Of a stretch of 60,339 nt of DNA, positions 49,327-58,780 are shown piece by piece. The position numbers and the translations under genes were made by a program. Under the pieces are notes generated by a model, which saw only the letters and a program-made list of their open reading frames with translations, did not search any database and was not told where the DNA came from. Numbering within the stretch: the first letter of the stretch is position 1; the number at the start of each line of letters is the position of its first letter. The DNA comes from Eubacteriales bacterium. GTDB lineage: Bacteria; Bacillota; Clostridia; Oscillospirales; CAG-272. The DNA lies in assembly GCA_045533115.1 (NCBI GenBank), contig JAZSHF010000035.1, positions 1 to 60,339 of the forward strand. The letters run 5' to 3'.

Positions 49327-50172
49327 TTACATCTTTGCGGGTTTTTTGAGCTTGTTGATCCAAGAAATAAGTGATGCGACGATGAACATTATAAGTTCAA
49401 CGCAAACGACGCTTGCGCCCGCAGGGGTCGAAAGGAAGTACGAGGAAATGAGTCCGACCGCAAATCCGATAACGGGAAGGACCGCGGACAGGACAACAAC
49501 GCCCTTGAAGCTCTTCACTACTCTCATTGCCGTCATCGGCGGGAAAACGATGAGCGCCGATATGAGAAGCGTTCCCATAAAGCGCATACCGATGACGATC
49601 GTAATAGCGGAAAGAAGCGCAAGCACGGTATCGTAAAGCCGCACCTTGATTCCCGTTGCTTTTGCAAAGGACGGGTCGAAGGTGACGGAGAAGATTCTGT
49701 TGTAAACGAGACAATATATCGGAATAACGGCCGCCGCAAGTGCTATTGACCAGATAAGATCACTCTCGGATAGTGCAAGGATCGAGCCGAACATATATCC
49801 GTTCAGGTCAATATTGGAGCCGGGCGAAAGTGAAGCGGCAACAGTACCTATGGCAAGCGCGCCCGTCGAAATTATGGCGGTGAGCGCATCACCCTTCATC
49901 TTGCCTTTTTCGTTAAGTCGAAGAAGCCCGAATGCAGACAGTCCAACTGTTGGTACTGTCAAAGCCATAGGTGCTATCGACATCGCCGAGCCGATTGCAA
50001 GCGAAGCAAACGCAACGTGAGATAGACCGTCGCCTATCATCGAATATCTTTTAAGAACGAGGCAGACGCCGAGAAGCGAAGCGCATACCGAAATAAGTAT
50101 TCCGCACACAAGCGCATAAACCATCGAGTCAAGGGAGAACATAAGCCGAAGCTCGCTAACGAATGCAGTCAT
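49327..50172 (-). CDS. Metal (Zn/Mn) ABC transporter permease, ZnuB-like
   Basis: LVLKRYSMIGDGLSHVAF, YMFGSIL, GTLLISAL. Confidence 0.92.
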   Translation of the reverse strand: MTAFVSELRLMFSLDSMVYALVCGILISVCASLLGVCLVLKRYSMIGDGLSHVAFASLAIGSAMSIAPMALTVPTVGLSAFGLLRLNEKGKMKGDALTAIISTGALAIGTVAASLSPGSNIDLNGYMFGSILALSESDLIWSIALAAAVIPIYCLVYNRIFSVTFDPSFAKATGIKVRLYDTVLALLSAITIVIGMRFMGTLLISALIVFPPMTAMRVVKSFKGVVVLSAVLPVIGFAVGLISSYFLSTPAGASVVCVELIMFIVASLISWINKLKKPAKM

Positions 50173-50858
50173 ATCTTGCAGCCTCCCTCGTGATCGTGCT
50201 CGTGCGGCTTTGCATCGGTATAGGAATAGCCGTCGTTGCGGAGAATGAGAAGCTTGTCCGCAACGGCAAGAGCACAGTGGATATCGTGAGAAACCATTAT
50301 GACGGTTATGCCCTCGTCCTTAAGACGGTGAATTATTTTGTAAAACTCGGAGGTTGCCGTTGGGTCAAGACCTGCAACGGGCTCGTCAAGGAGTATAAGC
50401 TGCGTAGCGGCACAAAGCGCGCGTGCAAGCAGGACTCTCTGCTGCTGACCGCCCGAAAGCTCGGCAAAGCTCTTGTCTTTAAGGTTTACAATGTCAAGAA
50501 GCGCAAGCTTTTTCTCGGCTTCTTGCTTGTCACTTTTAGTATAAAAGGGAAGACGCTTGCCGCTTGTCAGCTTGCCCGAAAGCACGACCTCCCATACCGA
50601 CGCCGGAAAATCGCTCTGCGCGTCGCTTCTTTGCGGTAGATAGCCGACTCCGTGCTTCTTTTCACCGCCGAAGAAAACGATCTCTCCGCGCGACGCGTCC
50701 TTTAAGCCGAGTAGCGCTTTAATAAGCGTGCTTTTACCGGTGCCATTCTCCCCCGCGATACAAAGGCACTTGCCCTTTTCAAGCGAAAAGGAAAGCCCCT
50801 CGATGACCGACGCGCTTCCGTAGGAAAGCCATAGATCCTTACATTCTACTGCCGTCAT
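50169..50858 (-). CDS. Metal ABC transporter ATP-binding protein, ZnuC-like
   Basis: GENGTGKST, GYLPQ..FPASV.EVV, LSGGQQQR, LDEP, His-rich tail. Confidence 0.92.
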   Translation of the reverse strand: MTAVECKDLWLSYGSASVIEGLSFSLEKGKCLCIAGENGTGKSTLIKALLGLKDASRGEIVFFGGEKKHGVGYLPQRSDAQSDFPASVWEVVLSGKLTSGKRLPFYTKSDKQEAEKKLALLDIVNLKDKSFAELSGGQQQRVLLARALCAATQLILLDEPVAGLDPTATSEFYKIIHRLKDEGITVIMVSHDIHCALAVADKLLILRNDGYSYTDAKPHEHDHEGGCKI

Positions 50859-51034
50859 TTTGACCTCGATCCGAAATTACTTGATACCGATATTATACCA
50901 CCCGCCGGGCGCCAAATCAATAGTATACAACTAAAAAAGAGCAAGTAAATATATCTTTGTGGAAAAAAACATTGAAAAACGGCGGATAATGTGTTATACT
51001 TAGCTGTTAATAAATGATAAGGAATGTGAATATT

Positions 51035-52864
51035 TTGGTAAGAAACGATTTAAGAAACATAGCGATCATAGCCCACGTTGACCACGGAAAGACGACTCTC
51101 GTCGACCAGATGCTGAAGCAGGGCGGTGTATACCGCGAAAATCAGGCGACGGAAGAAAGAGTAATGGACAGCAATGCCCTTGAAAAGGAAAGAGGAATCA
51201 CTATCCTCGCGAAGAACACAGCGGTACACTATAAGGACGTAAAGATCAATATTATAGACACTCCCGGACACGCGGATTTTAGTGGCGAGGTCGAAAGAAT
51301 CCTCAAAATGGTAAACGGAGTAATTCTGCTTGTTGACGCCGCAGAGGGACCGATGCCTCAGACGCGCTTCGTGCTTCAAAAGGCGCTCGAGCTTAACCAT
51401 AGAGTTATCGTTGTCGTAAATAAGGTGGATAAGCCCGATGCGCGAATTGAGGAAGTTGAGGACGAGGTGCTTGAGCTTCTTATGGACCTCGACGCAACCG
51501 ACGAGCAGCTTGATTCCCCGATGCTTTTCTGCTCAGGCAGAGCAGGTACTGCGTCATTCACTCCATATGAGCCGGGCGTTGACCTTCAGCCGCTTTTCGA
51601 TACCATTCTTGAATATATCCCCGCTCCAGAAGGCGACGAGAACGGCGAGCTTCAGCTTCTCGTATCGTCGATAGACTATAACGAGTACGTCGGCAGAATG
51701 GGAATCGGACGCATTGAGCGCGGTTCTATCAAGGTAAATCAGGAAGCGCTTATATGCAACTATCATACGGGTGCAAACCCCGTAAGAACCCGAATCGTAT
51801 CGCTTCAGACCTTCGACGGTCTTGGCAGAAGAACGGTTGAAAGCGCAAACGTAGGCGACATCGTCTGCTTCTCTGGCGCTGAAAATATCACGATCGGCGA
51901 TACTATAACCTCGGTTGTCGCTCCCGAGCCGCTTCCTTTCGTAAAGATAAGCGAGCCGACGATCGAAATGACCTTCGCGGTAAACGACAGCCCCTTTGCA
52001 GGACGCGAGGGTAAGTTCGTAACTACAAGACAAATCAGAGACCGCCTCTACCGTGAGCTTCTCAAGGACGTTTCTCTCCGCGTTGAGGACGGCGAAACGA
52101 CCGATAGCTTCAAGGTAGCGGGCAGAGGTGAAATGCACCTTTCGATCCTCGTCGAAACCATGCGCCGCGAGGGCTATGAGCTTTCGCTCTCGACTCCGCG
52201 CGTGCTTTATAAGGATATAGACGGCGTAAAGAACGAACCATACGAGAGAGTACAGATCGACGTGCCTGAGCAGTATATGGGCGCGGTCATCGACAAGCTC
52301 AATATGCGTAAGGGCGAGCTTCTTGAAATGGGAACACGCGGAAGCCGTATGGAGCTTCACTACGTTATCCCATCGCGTTGTCTTTTTGGATACAGAAGCG
52401 AATTTCTCACCGCAACACGCGGAGAGGGAATTATGAATACCGTATTCGAGGGTTACCACCCCTACAAGGGCGATATGCCTTCCCGTCAGACGGGCTCTCT
52501 TGTCGCGTCGGAAAAGGGTGTAACGACCTCTTACGGTCTCTACAACTCGCAGGAGCGCGGACAGCTTTTCGTAGGCGTACAAACAGAGGTATACGAGGGA
52601 ATGATCGTCGGTGAAAATCCCAAGCAGGGCGATATCGAGATCAACCCCTGTAAGACGAAGCAGCTCACCGCGATCCGTTCTAAGGGTGCGGACGAAAAGC
52701 TTATTCTTACACCCCATAAGACAATGTCGCTTGAGGAAGCGATCGAATTTATCGCAGACGACGAGCTTATCGAGGTAACTCCTAAGGGACTTCGTCTCCG
52801 AAAGGTAATTCTTGATACCCCGACACGTAAAAAGGCACAGGCGGCAAAGAAAAAACAGCAGTAA
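51035..52864 (+). CDS. typA: Translational GTPase TypA/BipA
   Basis: [35 protein letters not shown]; start could be 51014 or TTG 51035. Confidence 0.97.
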   Translation: MVRNDLRNIAIIAHVDHGKTTLVDQMLKQGGVYRENQATEERVMDSNALEKERGITILAKNTAVHYKDVKINIIDTPGHADFSGEVERILKMVNGVILLVDAAEGPMPQTRFVLQKALELNHRVIVVVNKVDKPDARIEEVEDEVLELLMDLDATDEQLDSPMLFCSGRAGTASFTPYEPGVDLQPLFDTILEYIPAPEGDENGELQLLVSSIDYNEYVGRMGIGRIERGSIKVNQEALICNYHTGANPVRTRIVSLQTFDGLGRRTVESANVGDIVCFSGAENITIGDTITSVVAPEPLPFVKISEPTIEMTFAVNDSPFAGREGKFVTTRQIRDRLYRELLKDVSLRVEDGETTDSFKVAGRGEMHLSILVETMRREGYELSLSTPRVLYKDIDGVKNEPYERVQIDVPEQYMGAVIDKLNMRKGELLEMGTRGSRMELHYVIPSRCLFGYRSEFLTATRGEGIMNTVFEGYHPYKGDMPSRQTGSLVASEKGVTTSYGLYNSQERGQLFVGVQTEVYEGMIVGENPKQGDIEINPCKTKQLTAIRSKGADEKLILTPHKTMSLEEAIEFIADDELIEVTPKGLRLRKVILDTPTRKKAQAAKKKQQ

Positions 52865-52885
52865 TCAACTGCAAAAGAGGTAAAG

Positions 52886-53266
52886 ATGAAGCAAAAAAAG
52901 CTACGCGTAGCGTACCTGATAGCGTTTCTTGTCTTACTGTTTACAGAGATATTGATAGGCGCATTCGTGCATGACGCATTCGTTCGTCCTTACGTCGGTG
53001 ACGTGCTTGTCGTTATACTGATATATTGTCTTATCAGAATAGTAAAACCGACGGGAATAAAGCTCTTGCCGCTTTACGTTTTCATCTTCGCACTTATAGT
53101 AGAGTTACTGCAGCTCGCTAAAATAGTTGACCTGATAGGAATACCGCACGATTCGATAGTAGCAATTATGGTCGGAACGTCATTTTCGTTCATAGATATA
53201 ATCTGCTACGCAGTCGGATGCGGGATTACCTATGTAACTGAATTAATAATAAAAAAGCGCCCGTGA
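52886..53266 (+). CDS. DUF2809-type small membrane protein
   Basis: EILIG.FVHD.FVRPYVGDVLVV...GTSFS..DI.CY..G. Confidence 0.8.
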   Translation: MKQKKLRVAYLIAFLVLLFTEILIGAFVHDAFVRPYVGDVLVVILIYCLIRIVKPTGIKLLPLYVFIFALIVELLQLAKIVDLIGIPHDSIVAIMVGTSFSFIDIICYAVGCGITYVTELIIKKRP

Positions 53267-53279
53267 GGGCGCTTTTTTT
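53251..53279 (+). terminator. Terminator overlapping the DUF2809 stop codon
   Basis: AAAAAAGCGCCC GTGA GGGCGCTTTTTTT; the TGA stop lies in the loop. Confidence 0.78.
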
Positions 53280-53280
53280 G

Positions 53281-53354
53281 CGGCGGGAGCGCGTGGGGGT
53301 TCCCGAAACGAGCAAATGCGAGTTTTTGGGGTTCCGAGCAAGCCCCGCCCTACG
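53281..53354 (-). repeat. GTAG-type REP-like palindrome interrupted by a 45-bp insert
   Basis: Minus strand GTAG-GGCGGGGCTTGCTC[insert]CCGCCG; GAGC at both insert borders (53287-53290 and 53336-53339). Confidence 0.5.
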
Positions 53355-53385
53355 AACACGTAACGAAGCTTCGCCACGTTGTCTT

Positions 53386-53542
53386 GCCTTCCCCTTGGGG
53401 AAGGTGTCAACCGAAGGTTGACGGATGAGGTTAGGATGCGAAGCATCCGTCACAAAAATAAAGTTAATTAACAAATATAACGCCGTCTATGACGGCTAAC
53501 CTCATCCACCACTTCGCGGTCCCCCTTCCCCAAGGGGAAGGC
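53386..53542. repeat. MITE/REPIN-like element with inverted palindromic arms
   Basis: Arms 53386-53434 and 53496-53542 are inverted copies sharing GCCTTCCCCTTGGGGAAGG and GGATGAGGTTAG with different internal hairpins. Confidence 0.75.
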
Positions 53543-53688
53543 GAAACGCGAAATTCCGCTATTGACAAAAAAACTTCATCGTGATAAAATGAAAGTGCCA
53601 AACAGAATCGAATCATTTTACTGTGGAAGTATGTGTTTTTTGTGCATAGCTTCGTCTATGCTTTTTTTATTTTTGGGAGGAAAAGAGA

Positions 53689-55491
53689 ATGAAGCGAATC
53701 CTAACAGCATTATTGCTAATTATGGTAATTATAACCCTTTCCGCCTGTGATACGGAACAAGATCCCACAAGCGGCACGGAACAAGATCCCACAAGCGGCA
53801 CGGAACAAGATCCCACAAGCGGCACTGAACAAGATCCCGCAAGCGGCACTGAACAAGATCCCGCAAGCGGCACTGAACAAGATCCCGCAAGCGGCACAGA
53901 ACAAGATCCCACAAGTGGCACGGAACAAGATCCCACAAGCGGCACGGAACAAGATTCCACGAGTGGCATAACCGGCGACTGTAAATGGTCCCTTGACGGC
54001 GCCGTTCTCACGATCAGCGGTAACGGCAAGATGGGGGATTACCCATCTAACTCAACTCTTCCGTGGGGTACAACTATTACTCAAGTAAAAATAGATCGCG
54101 GCGTGACCGCAATTGGTAATTATGCCTTCCGTAATTGTAGCAATCTCCAAACGATATACTATGATGGCACTAAGACTGAGTGGAATGCTATTACTAAAGG
54201 AATCGATTGGGATTACAACACCGGCGATTATACTATCGTATTCCTCGTCGTTGAGAGCTCGAAAGGTCTTAAATATGAGCTTAGCGAAGACGGTACGTAT
54301 TATATCGTGGCAGGAATTGGCTCTTGTGCCGACACCGAGCTTGTTATTCCTTCCACCTATAAAAATAAACCCGTTAAGAAAATCGGCGAGTATGCCTTCG
54401 AGGGCCGCACAAACTTAACGAGTATAACTGTCCCCGGTGGCGTCACAAGAATTGTCGATGGTGCCTTCAGTAATTGTACTAGCTTAACGAGTATAACTAT
54501 TCCCGATAGTCTCACGAGTATTGGAAGCTGTGCGTTCGATAATACTGCGTATTACAACGACATAAGTAATTGGGAAAACGAAGTTTTATATATTGGAAAT
54601 CACCTGATCGATGCGACGGACTTTTTGATCGGTGAATATACAATTAAAGACGGAACCAGCACTATTGCCGTTTGCGCCTTCTACGGTTGCACAAGCTTAA
54701 CGAGCGTAACGATTCCCGACAGCGTAATCTCAATTCCTGATTCTGCCTTCGAGGGCTGCACAAGCTTAACGAGCATAACGATCCCTGACAGCGTAACATC
54801 AATTGGCATTTATGCCTTCTCACACTGCACAAGCTTAACGAGCATAACGATCCCCGACGGCGTAACCTTAATTGAAAATAATGCCTTCTCACATTGCACA
54901 AGCTTAACAAGCATAACGATCCCCGACGGTGTAACCTCAATTCCCAATGATACCTTCTGCTTTTGCACAAGCTTAACGAGCATAGCGATCCCCGACAGTG
55001 TAACCTCAATTGGCATTTATGCCTTCTACTATTGCACAAGCTTAACGAGTATAACGATTCCCGACGGCGTGACCTCAATTGGCGAAGCTGCCTTCCATGA
55101 TTGCACAAGCTTAACGAGTATAACGATTCCCGACGGCGTAACCAAGATATACCGTTCTACCTTTGCGGATTGTTCAAGCTTAACGAGTATAACGATCCCC
55201 GACGGCGTAACATCAATTGACTCTCAGGCCTTCTATGGTTGCACAAGCTTAACGAGCATAACGATACCTGACAGCGTAACATCAATTGGCAAGCGCGCCT
55301 TCACGGGTTGCACAAGTTTAACGAGCATAACGATCCCGGACAGTGTAACATCAATTGGCATGTATGCCTTCTCAAAGTGCACAAGCTTAACGAGCGTAAC
55401 GATCTCCAACAGCGCAACCTCAATTGGCTATGGTGCATTCGAAGGATGTACGAGCTTACCAACGAACAGTATTCACGATATAGGCGCATAG
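53689..55491 (+). CDS. BspA-type leucine-rich-repeat surface lipoprotein
   Basis: LSAC lipobox; TEQDPTSG stalk; GVLTISG.G.M-type domain; LRR_5 repeats AFxxCTSLTSITIPDxVTSIG; promoter TTGACA-17-TAAAAT at 53562-53590. Confidence 0.92.
   Translation: MKRILTALLLIMVIITLSACDTEQDPTSGTEQDPTSGTEQDPTSGTEQDPASGTEQDPASGTEQDPASGTEQDPTSGTEQDPTSGTEQDSTSGITGDCKWSLDGAVLTISGNGKMGDYPSNSTLPWGTTITQVKIDRGVTAIGNYAFRNCSNLQTIYYDGTKTEWNAITKGIDWDYNTGDYTIVFLVVESSKGLKYELSEDGTYYIVAGIGSCADTELVIPSTYKNKPVKKIGEYAFEGRTNLTSITVPGGVTRIVDGAFSNCTSLTSITIPDSLTSIGSCAFDNTAYYNDISNWENEVLYIGNHLIDATDFLIGEYTIKDGTSTIAVCAFYGCTSLTSVTIPDSVISIPDSAFEGCTSLTSITIPDSVTSIGIYAFSHCTSLTSITIPDGVTLIENNAFSHCTSLTSITIPDGVTSIPNDTFCFCTSLTSIAIPDSVTSIGIYAFYYCTSLTSITIPDGVTSIGEAAFHDCTSLTSITIPDGVTKIYRSTFADCSSLTSITIPDGVTSIDSQAFYGCTSLTSITIPDSVTSIGKRAFTGCTSLTSITIPDSVTSIGMYAFSKCTSLTSVTISNSATSIGYGAFEGCTSLPTNSIHDIGA
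53752..53967 (+). repeat. 24-bp tandem repeat x9 (TEQDP[T/A]SG)
   Basis: ACGGAACAAGATCCCACAAGCGGC units counted directly. Confidence 0.95.
54661..55488 (+). repeat. 69-bp tandem repeat x12 (23-aa LRR units, last one degenerate)
   Basis: TGCACAAGCTTAACGAGCATAACGAT core recurring every 69 bp. Confidence 0.93.
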
Positions 55492-55593
55492 TACGAAATA
55501 TCATTTGCCGATGAGTGTTCTTATCCTGTGTGTAACGGAGGTGACTTGTGCCTCGGCGGCACTTGTTATCCTGCTCAAAAAGAAGAAACAAAT

Positions 55594-55627
55594 AAAAAAG
55601 CAAGAACGGATTTCCGTTCTTGCTTTT
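55594..55627. terminator. Bidirectional terminator
   Basis: AAAAGCAAGAACGG...CCGTTCTTGCTTTT. Confidence 0.78.
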
Positions 55628-55634
55628 CCTTTTA

Positions 55635-56645
55635 TCACTTCGGCTGTGTAAATCCGACCTTACGGTAAACCTTAGATAGCGTCTTTCTTGCAAGGTAAGC
55701 GGCTCTTGCGGAGCCGTCCTTCATTACGGTTTCGAGGTACGCCTTGTCGCTCATAAGACGGTCAAACTCCGTCTTAACGGGAGCGAGCGCTTCTGCGACG
55801 ATTTCACCGACTGCGAGCTTGAAGTGTCCGTAACCGAGACCTTCAAATTCCTTTTCGATCTCGGCGTCGGTCTTGCCCGTAAAGGCGGTATAGATCGTCA
55901 TAAGGTTATTTATCCCGTCCTTACCCTCTGCGCGACGAACGACAGTATCGGAGTCGGTGACAGCACGCTTGAACTTTCTGATTATATCGTCTCTACCGTC
56001 AAGAATGTAGACCGATGCGTTAGTGTTCGTATCCGACTTACTCATCTTCTTTTCCGGCTCTGCAAGCGACATTACCTTCGCACCTGCCTTCGGGATAAAT
56101 CCCTCGGGAATAGCGAACGTGTCGCCGTAGACCTGATTAAATCTGTTCGCAATATCGCGCGTAAGCTCGATATGCTGCATCTGGTCGATACCGACGGGAA
56201 CAAGGTTCGTCTGATAAAGCAGAATATCCGACGCCATAAGAACGGGGTAGGTGAAAAGTCCTGCGTTGATGTTCGACGCGTACTTTTTGCTCTTATCCTT
56301 GAACTGCGTCATACGGTTAAGCTCACCGTGCATAGCATAGCAGTTGAGCACCCAAGCAAGCTCCGCGTGAGCGGGAACGTGGCTCTGCACGAAAAGGGTG
56401 TTCTTCTCGGGGTCAAGTCCGCTTGCGATATAAAGCGCGAGCGTCTCGTAGGTACGGCGGCGAAGCTCGGCAGGGTCCTGACGGACGGTTATCGCATGAA
56501 GGTCAACGACGCAGTAAATGCAGTCGTAGCTTTCTTCAAACTCTTTCCAATTCTTTATAGAACCGAGATAGTTGCCGATAGTAAGCTTACCGCTCGGCTG
56601 AACTCCCGAAAATATTTTCTTCTTGATTACTTCATTGTTTTCCAT
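55635..56645 (-). CDS. trpS: Tryptophan--tRNA ligase
   Basis: FSGVQPSG..TIGNYLG, VDLHAIT, YPVLMASDILLY, KMSKS. Confidence 0.98.
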   Translation of the reverse strand: MENNEVIKKKIFSGVQPSGKLTIGNYLGSIKNWKEFEESYDCIYCVVDLHAITVRQDPAELRRRTYETLALYIASGLDPEKNTLFVQSHVPAHAELAWVLNCYAMHGELNRMTQFKDKSKKYASNINAGLFTYPVLMASDILLYQTNLVPVGIDQMQHIELTRDIANRFNQVYGDTFAIPEGFIPKAGAKVMSLAEPEKKMSKSDTNTNASVYILDGRDDIIRKFKRAVTDSDTVVRRAEGKDGINNLMTIYTAFTGKTDAEIEKEFEGLGYGHFKLAVGEIVAEALAPVKTEFDRLMSDKAYLETVMKDGSARAAYLARKTLSKVYRKVGFTQPK

Positions 56646-56814
56646 AAATCTGCCTCCTTACATAGGAATAATCTATTTTAACACAAAGATGTACAGTTTT
56701 GCAAGTCCTAAACGCTTTTTTGTGTTAAAAAGCGCATTTTTCTTTATATTTATCTTGAATGAAGGCATTTTTTGTGCTACAATAATATATATAATTCAGT
56801 TTAAGGAACGTAAA

Positions 56815-57465
56815 ATGAAAAAATCTTTTGATCCCGTTGAGGATTCCGTTACCCCGAAGTCGCTTAAGACTCTCGGACTTATAATAAAAGTAACTCTTGC
56901 CGTCGGACTTATCGTTTCGCTCGGCTGGCTCACCTTGCGCGCCTGCTTGCAGGACGGCACGGCTAAGATGAAAAAATATCTTTGGACCGAAGCAGCCATC
57001 GAGCAAAAAGAAAACGGAACGCTGACGATAAACCGTCTTACCGAGTATAACGATCCCGAGCTAAGCCGTCTTTTCTATATCGGAAGAATTTATCATACCG
57101 AGGAGATCGGTCAGCTTCAGTTTATGCTAAGATATAACGTGCTCAGCCGTGAGTACGAAGACTATGCAACGGGAGTTGGAGAATTTATTTTTGAATTAGT
57201 TACTCAAGCCGACGGAGAGATAAAGGATCGCTATACGAAGTATTGTTATATTACCGATGCAGCGATGATGTACCGATATTACAGGATCGCGTTTGAAAAC
57301 GTCGACCTGACAGATGTTGACGGCGCGCAGGTAATAATCTACTATCAATACGGCGAAAAACATGAGATCGGCAGATGTATCGTTTACGATAAGGACGCCG
57401 CAAAAGAAGTGTTCAAGCCGACGTCAAGCAAAAAGCCAACGTCAGGACTTAAATACGAGGGATGA
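56815..57465 (+). CDS. Hypothetical membrane-anchored protein
   Basis: ATG after AAGGA; single N-terminal TM then soluble domain (QLQFMLRYN); 3 bp from next gene. Confidence 0.7.
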   Translation: MKKSFDPVEDSVTPKSLKTLGLIIKVTLAVGLIVSLGWLTLRACLQDGTAKMKKYLWTEAAIEQKENGTLTINRLTEYNDPELSRLFYIGRIYHTEEIGQLQFMLRYNVLSREYEDYATGVGEFIFELVTQADGEIKDRYTKYCYITDAAMMYRYYRIAFENVDLTDVDGAQVIIYYQYGEKHEIGRCIVYDKDAAKEVFKPTSSKKPTSGLKYEG

Positions 57466-57468
57466 TCT

Positions 57469-58158
57469 ATGATACTCAATTCAAAAGAAACCACAATAGC
57501 ATACCGTTGCCCGACCTGCGGGAAGTTCATTTTCGGCATCGTCGGAATATTTACGCTTTCGGGCGACCTTATAAAGCTCAAATGCGACTGCGGAGGCTCG
57601 GAGCTTAAGATAACGTATACTAGCGACGATAAGCTTCGAATAACCGTTCCGTGCTTATTCTGCCCTAATCCGCACAGCTATCTTCTCACGTCGGGAGCGT
57701 TTTTCGACCGCGAGATACTTGCTCTTAACTGCACCTATTCGGGTCTTGACACCTGCTTTATCGGCGAAAAGGACAAGGTAATTGAAGCCGCAAAGGAAGC
57801 GGACCTTCACCTCGTCGAGCTTCTTGAAGAAGCGGGATTTGACAATCTTGAAGCGTTTATGAAGGGCAAAAACTCTGTTGACGGCGAGGATAACGTCGAC
57901 GAGGAATACCGCCTTGATTACGCGCAGATAGAGGACGTCGTCCGCTTTATGCTCGCAGAGCTGCGCGAGGACGGAGATATTCACTGCGGCTGTGACGACG
58001 GAGAACCGGAATGTGACTTCGAATTTAAGGGCGACTGCGTGCATATATTCTGTAATAAGTGCGGATATGAAAAGATGATTCCGATGTCGAGCACGCTCGC
58101 CGCGAACGCGTTTCTTCATACCGACGTTCTTGAGCTCGGTAAGCCCGAAAATAAGTGA
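57469..58158 (+). CDS. Hypothetical multi-Cys (zinc-ribbon) protein
   Basis: [27 protein letters not shown]. Confidence 0.75.
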   Translation: MILNSKETTIAYRCPTCGKFIFGIVGIFTLSGDLIKLKCDCGGSELKITYTSDDKLRITVPCLFCPNPHSYLLTSGAFFDREILALNCTYSGLDTCFIGEKDKVIEAAKEADLHLVELLEEAGFDNLEAFMKGKNSVDGEDNVDEEYRLDYAQIEDVVRFMLAELREDGDIHCGCDDGEPECDFEFKGDCVHIFCNKCGYEKMIPMSSTLAANAFLHTDVLELGKPENK

Positions 58159-58244
58159 AAACAGGGCGTTTTGTCTTGACAAAACGCTTAACTTTACTGT
58201 ATAATCATAATATCGAAAAAACAATTATTTTGGAGGATATTCAA

Positions 58245-58766
58245 ATGAAATTTTTCAGCGAATTCAAGAAGTTTATTTCAAAGGGCAACGTAATTGATAT
58301 GGCAGTCGGTGTTGTAATCGGCGGCTCGTTCGGTAAGATCGTAACGGGACTTGTTAATTACATAATCAATCCCTTTGTAGGTATCTTCGTAAAGCAGGGA
58401 AGTCTTGATTCTCTTAAGACCGTTATCCACAAGGCAACCTACGTTATTGACGAAGCGACAGGTCTTGCAACCGATACCGTGGCAACCCCCGAGGTCGCTA
58501 TACTTTGGGGAACCTGGCTCCAGACGATAATCGACTTCCTTATCACCGCTCTTTGCATCTTTATCGTTATCACTATCATCGCACGCGGCAGAGCGCGTCT
58601 TGAAGCTAAGAAGCTTGCTGAGGAAGCCGCAAAGAAGGCAGAAGCGGACGCAAAGGCAAAGGCAGAGGCTGACGCTCTTGCTGCTAAGCAGGCGGCTCTT
58701 GATGCAAGCGTTCTTCAGCAGGCAGAGCTACTTGCCGAAATACGTGATTTGCTTAAGAACAAATAA
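58245..58766 (+). CDS. mscL: Large-conductance mechanosensitive channel
   Basis: [37 protein letters not shown]. Confidence 0.95.
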   Translation: MKFFSEFKKFISKGNVIDMAVGVVIGGSFGKIVTGLVNYIINPFVGIFVKQGSLDSLKTVIHKATYVIDEATGLATDTVATPEVAILWGTWLQTIIDFLITALCIFIVITIIARGRARLEAKKLAEEAAKKAEADAKAKAEADALAAKQAALDASVLQQAELLAEIRDLLKNK

Positions 58767-58780
58767 TACAGAAGTTTTGT

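Noticed and set aside
53752-53967. CRISPR array
   Set aside because: Repeats are contiguous with no unique spacers, in frame within a CDS, and no cas genes are present
54661-55488. Diversity-generating retroelement target
   Set aside because: No reverse transcriptase or separate template repeat in the window, so adenine-specific mutagenesis cannot be supported
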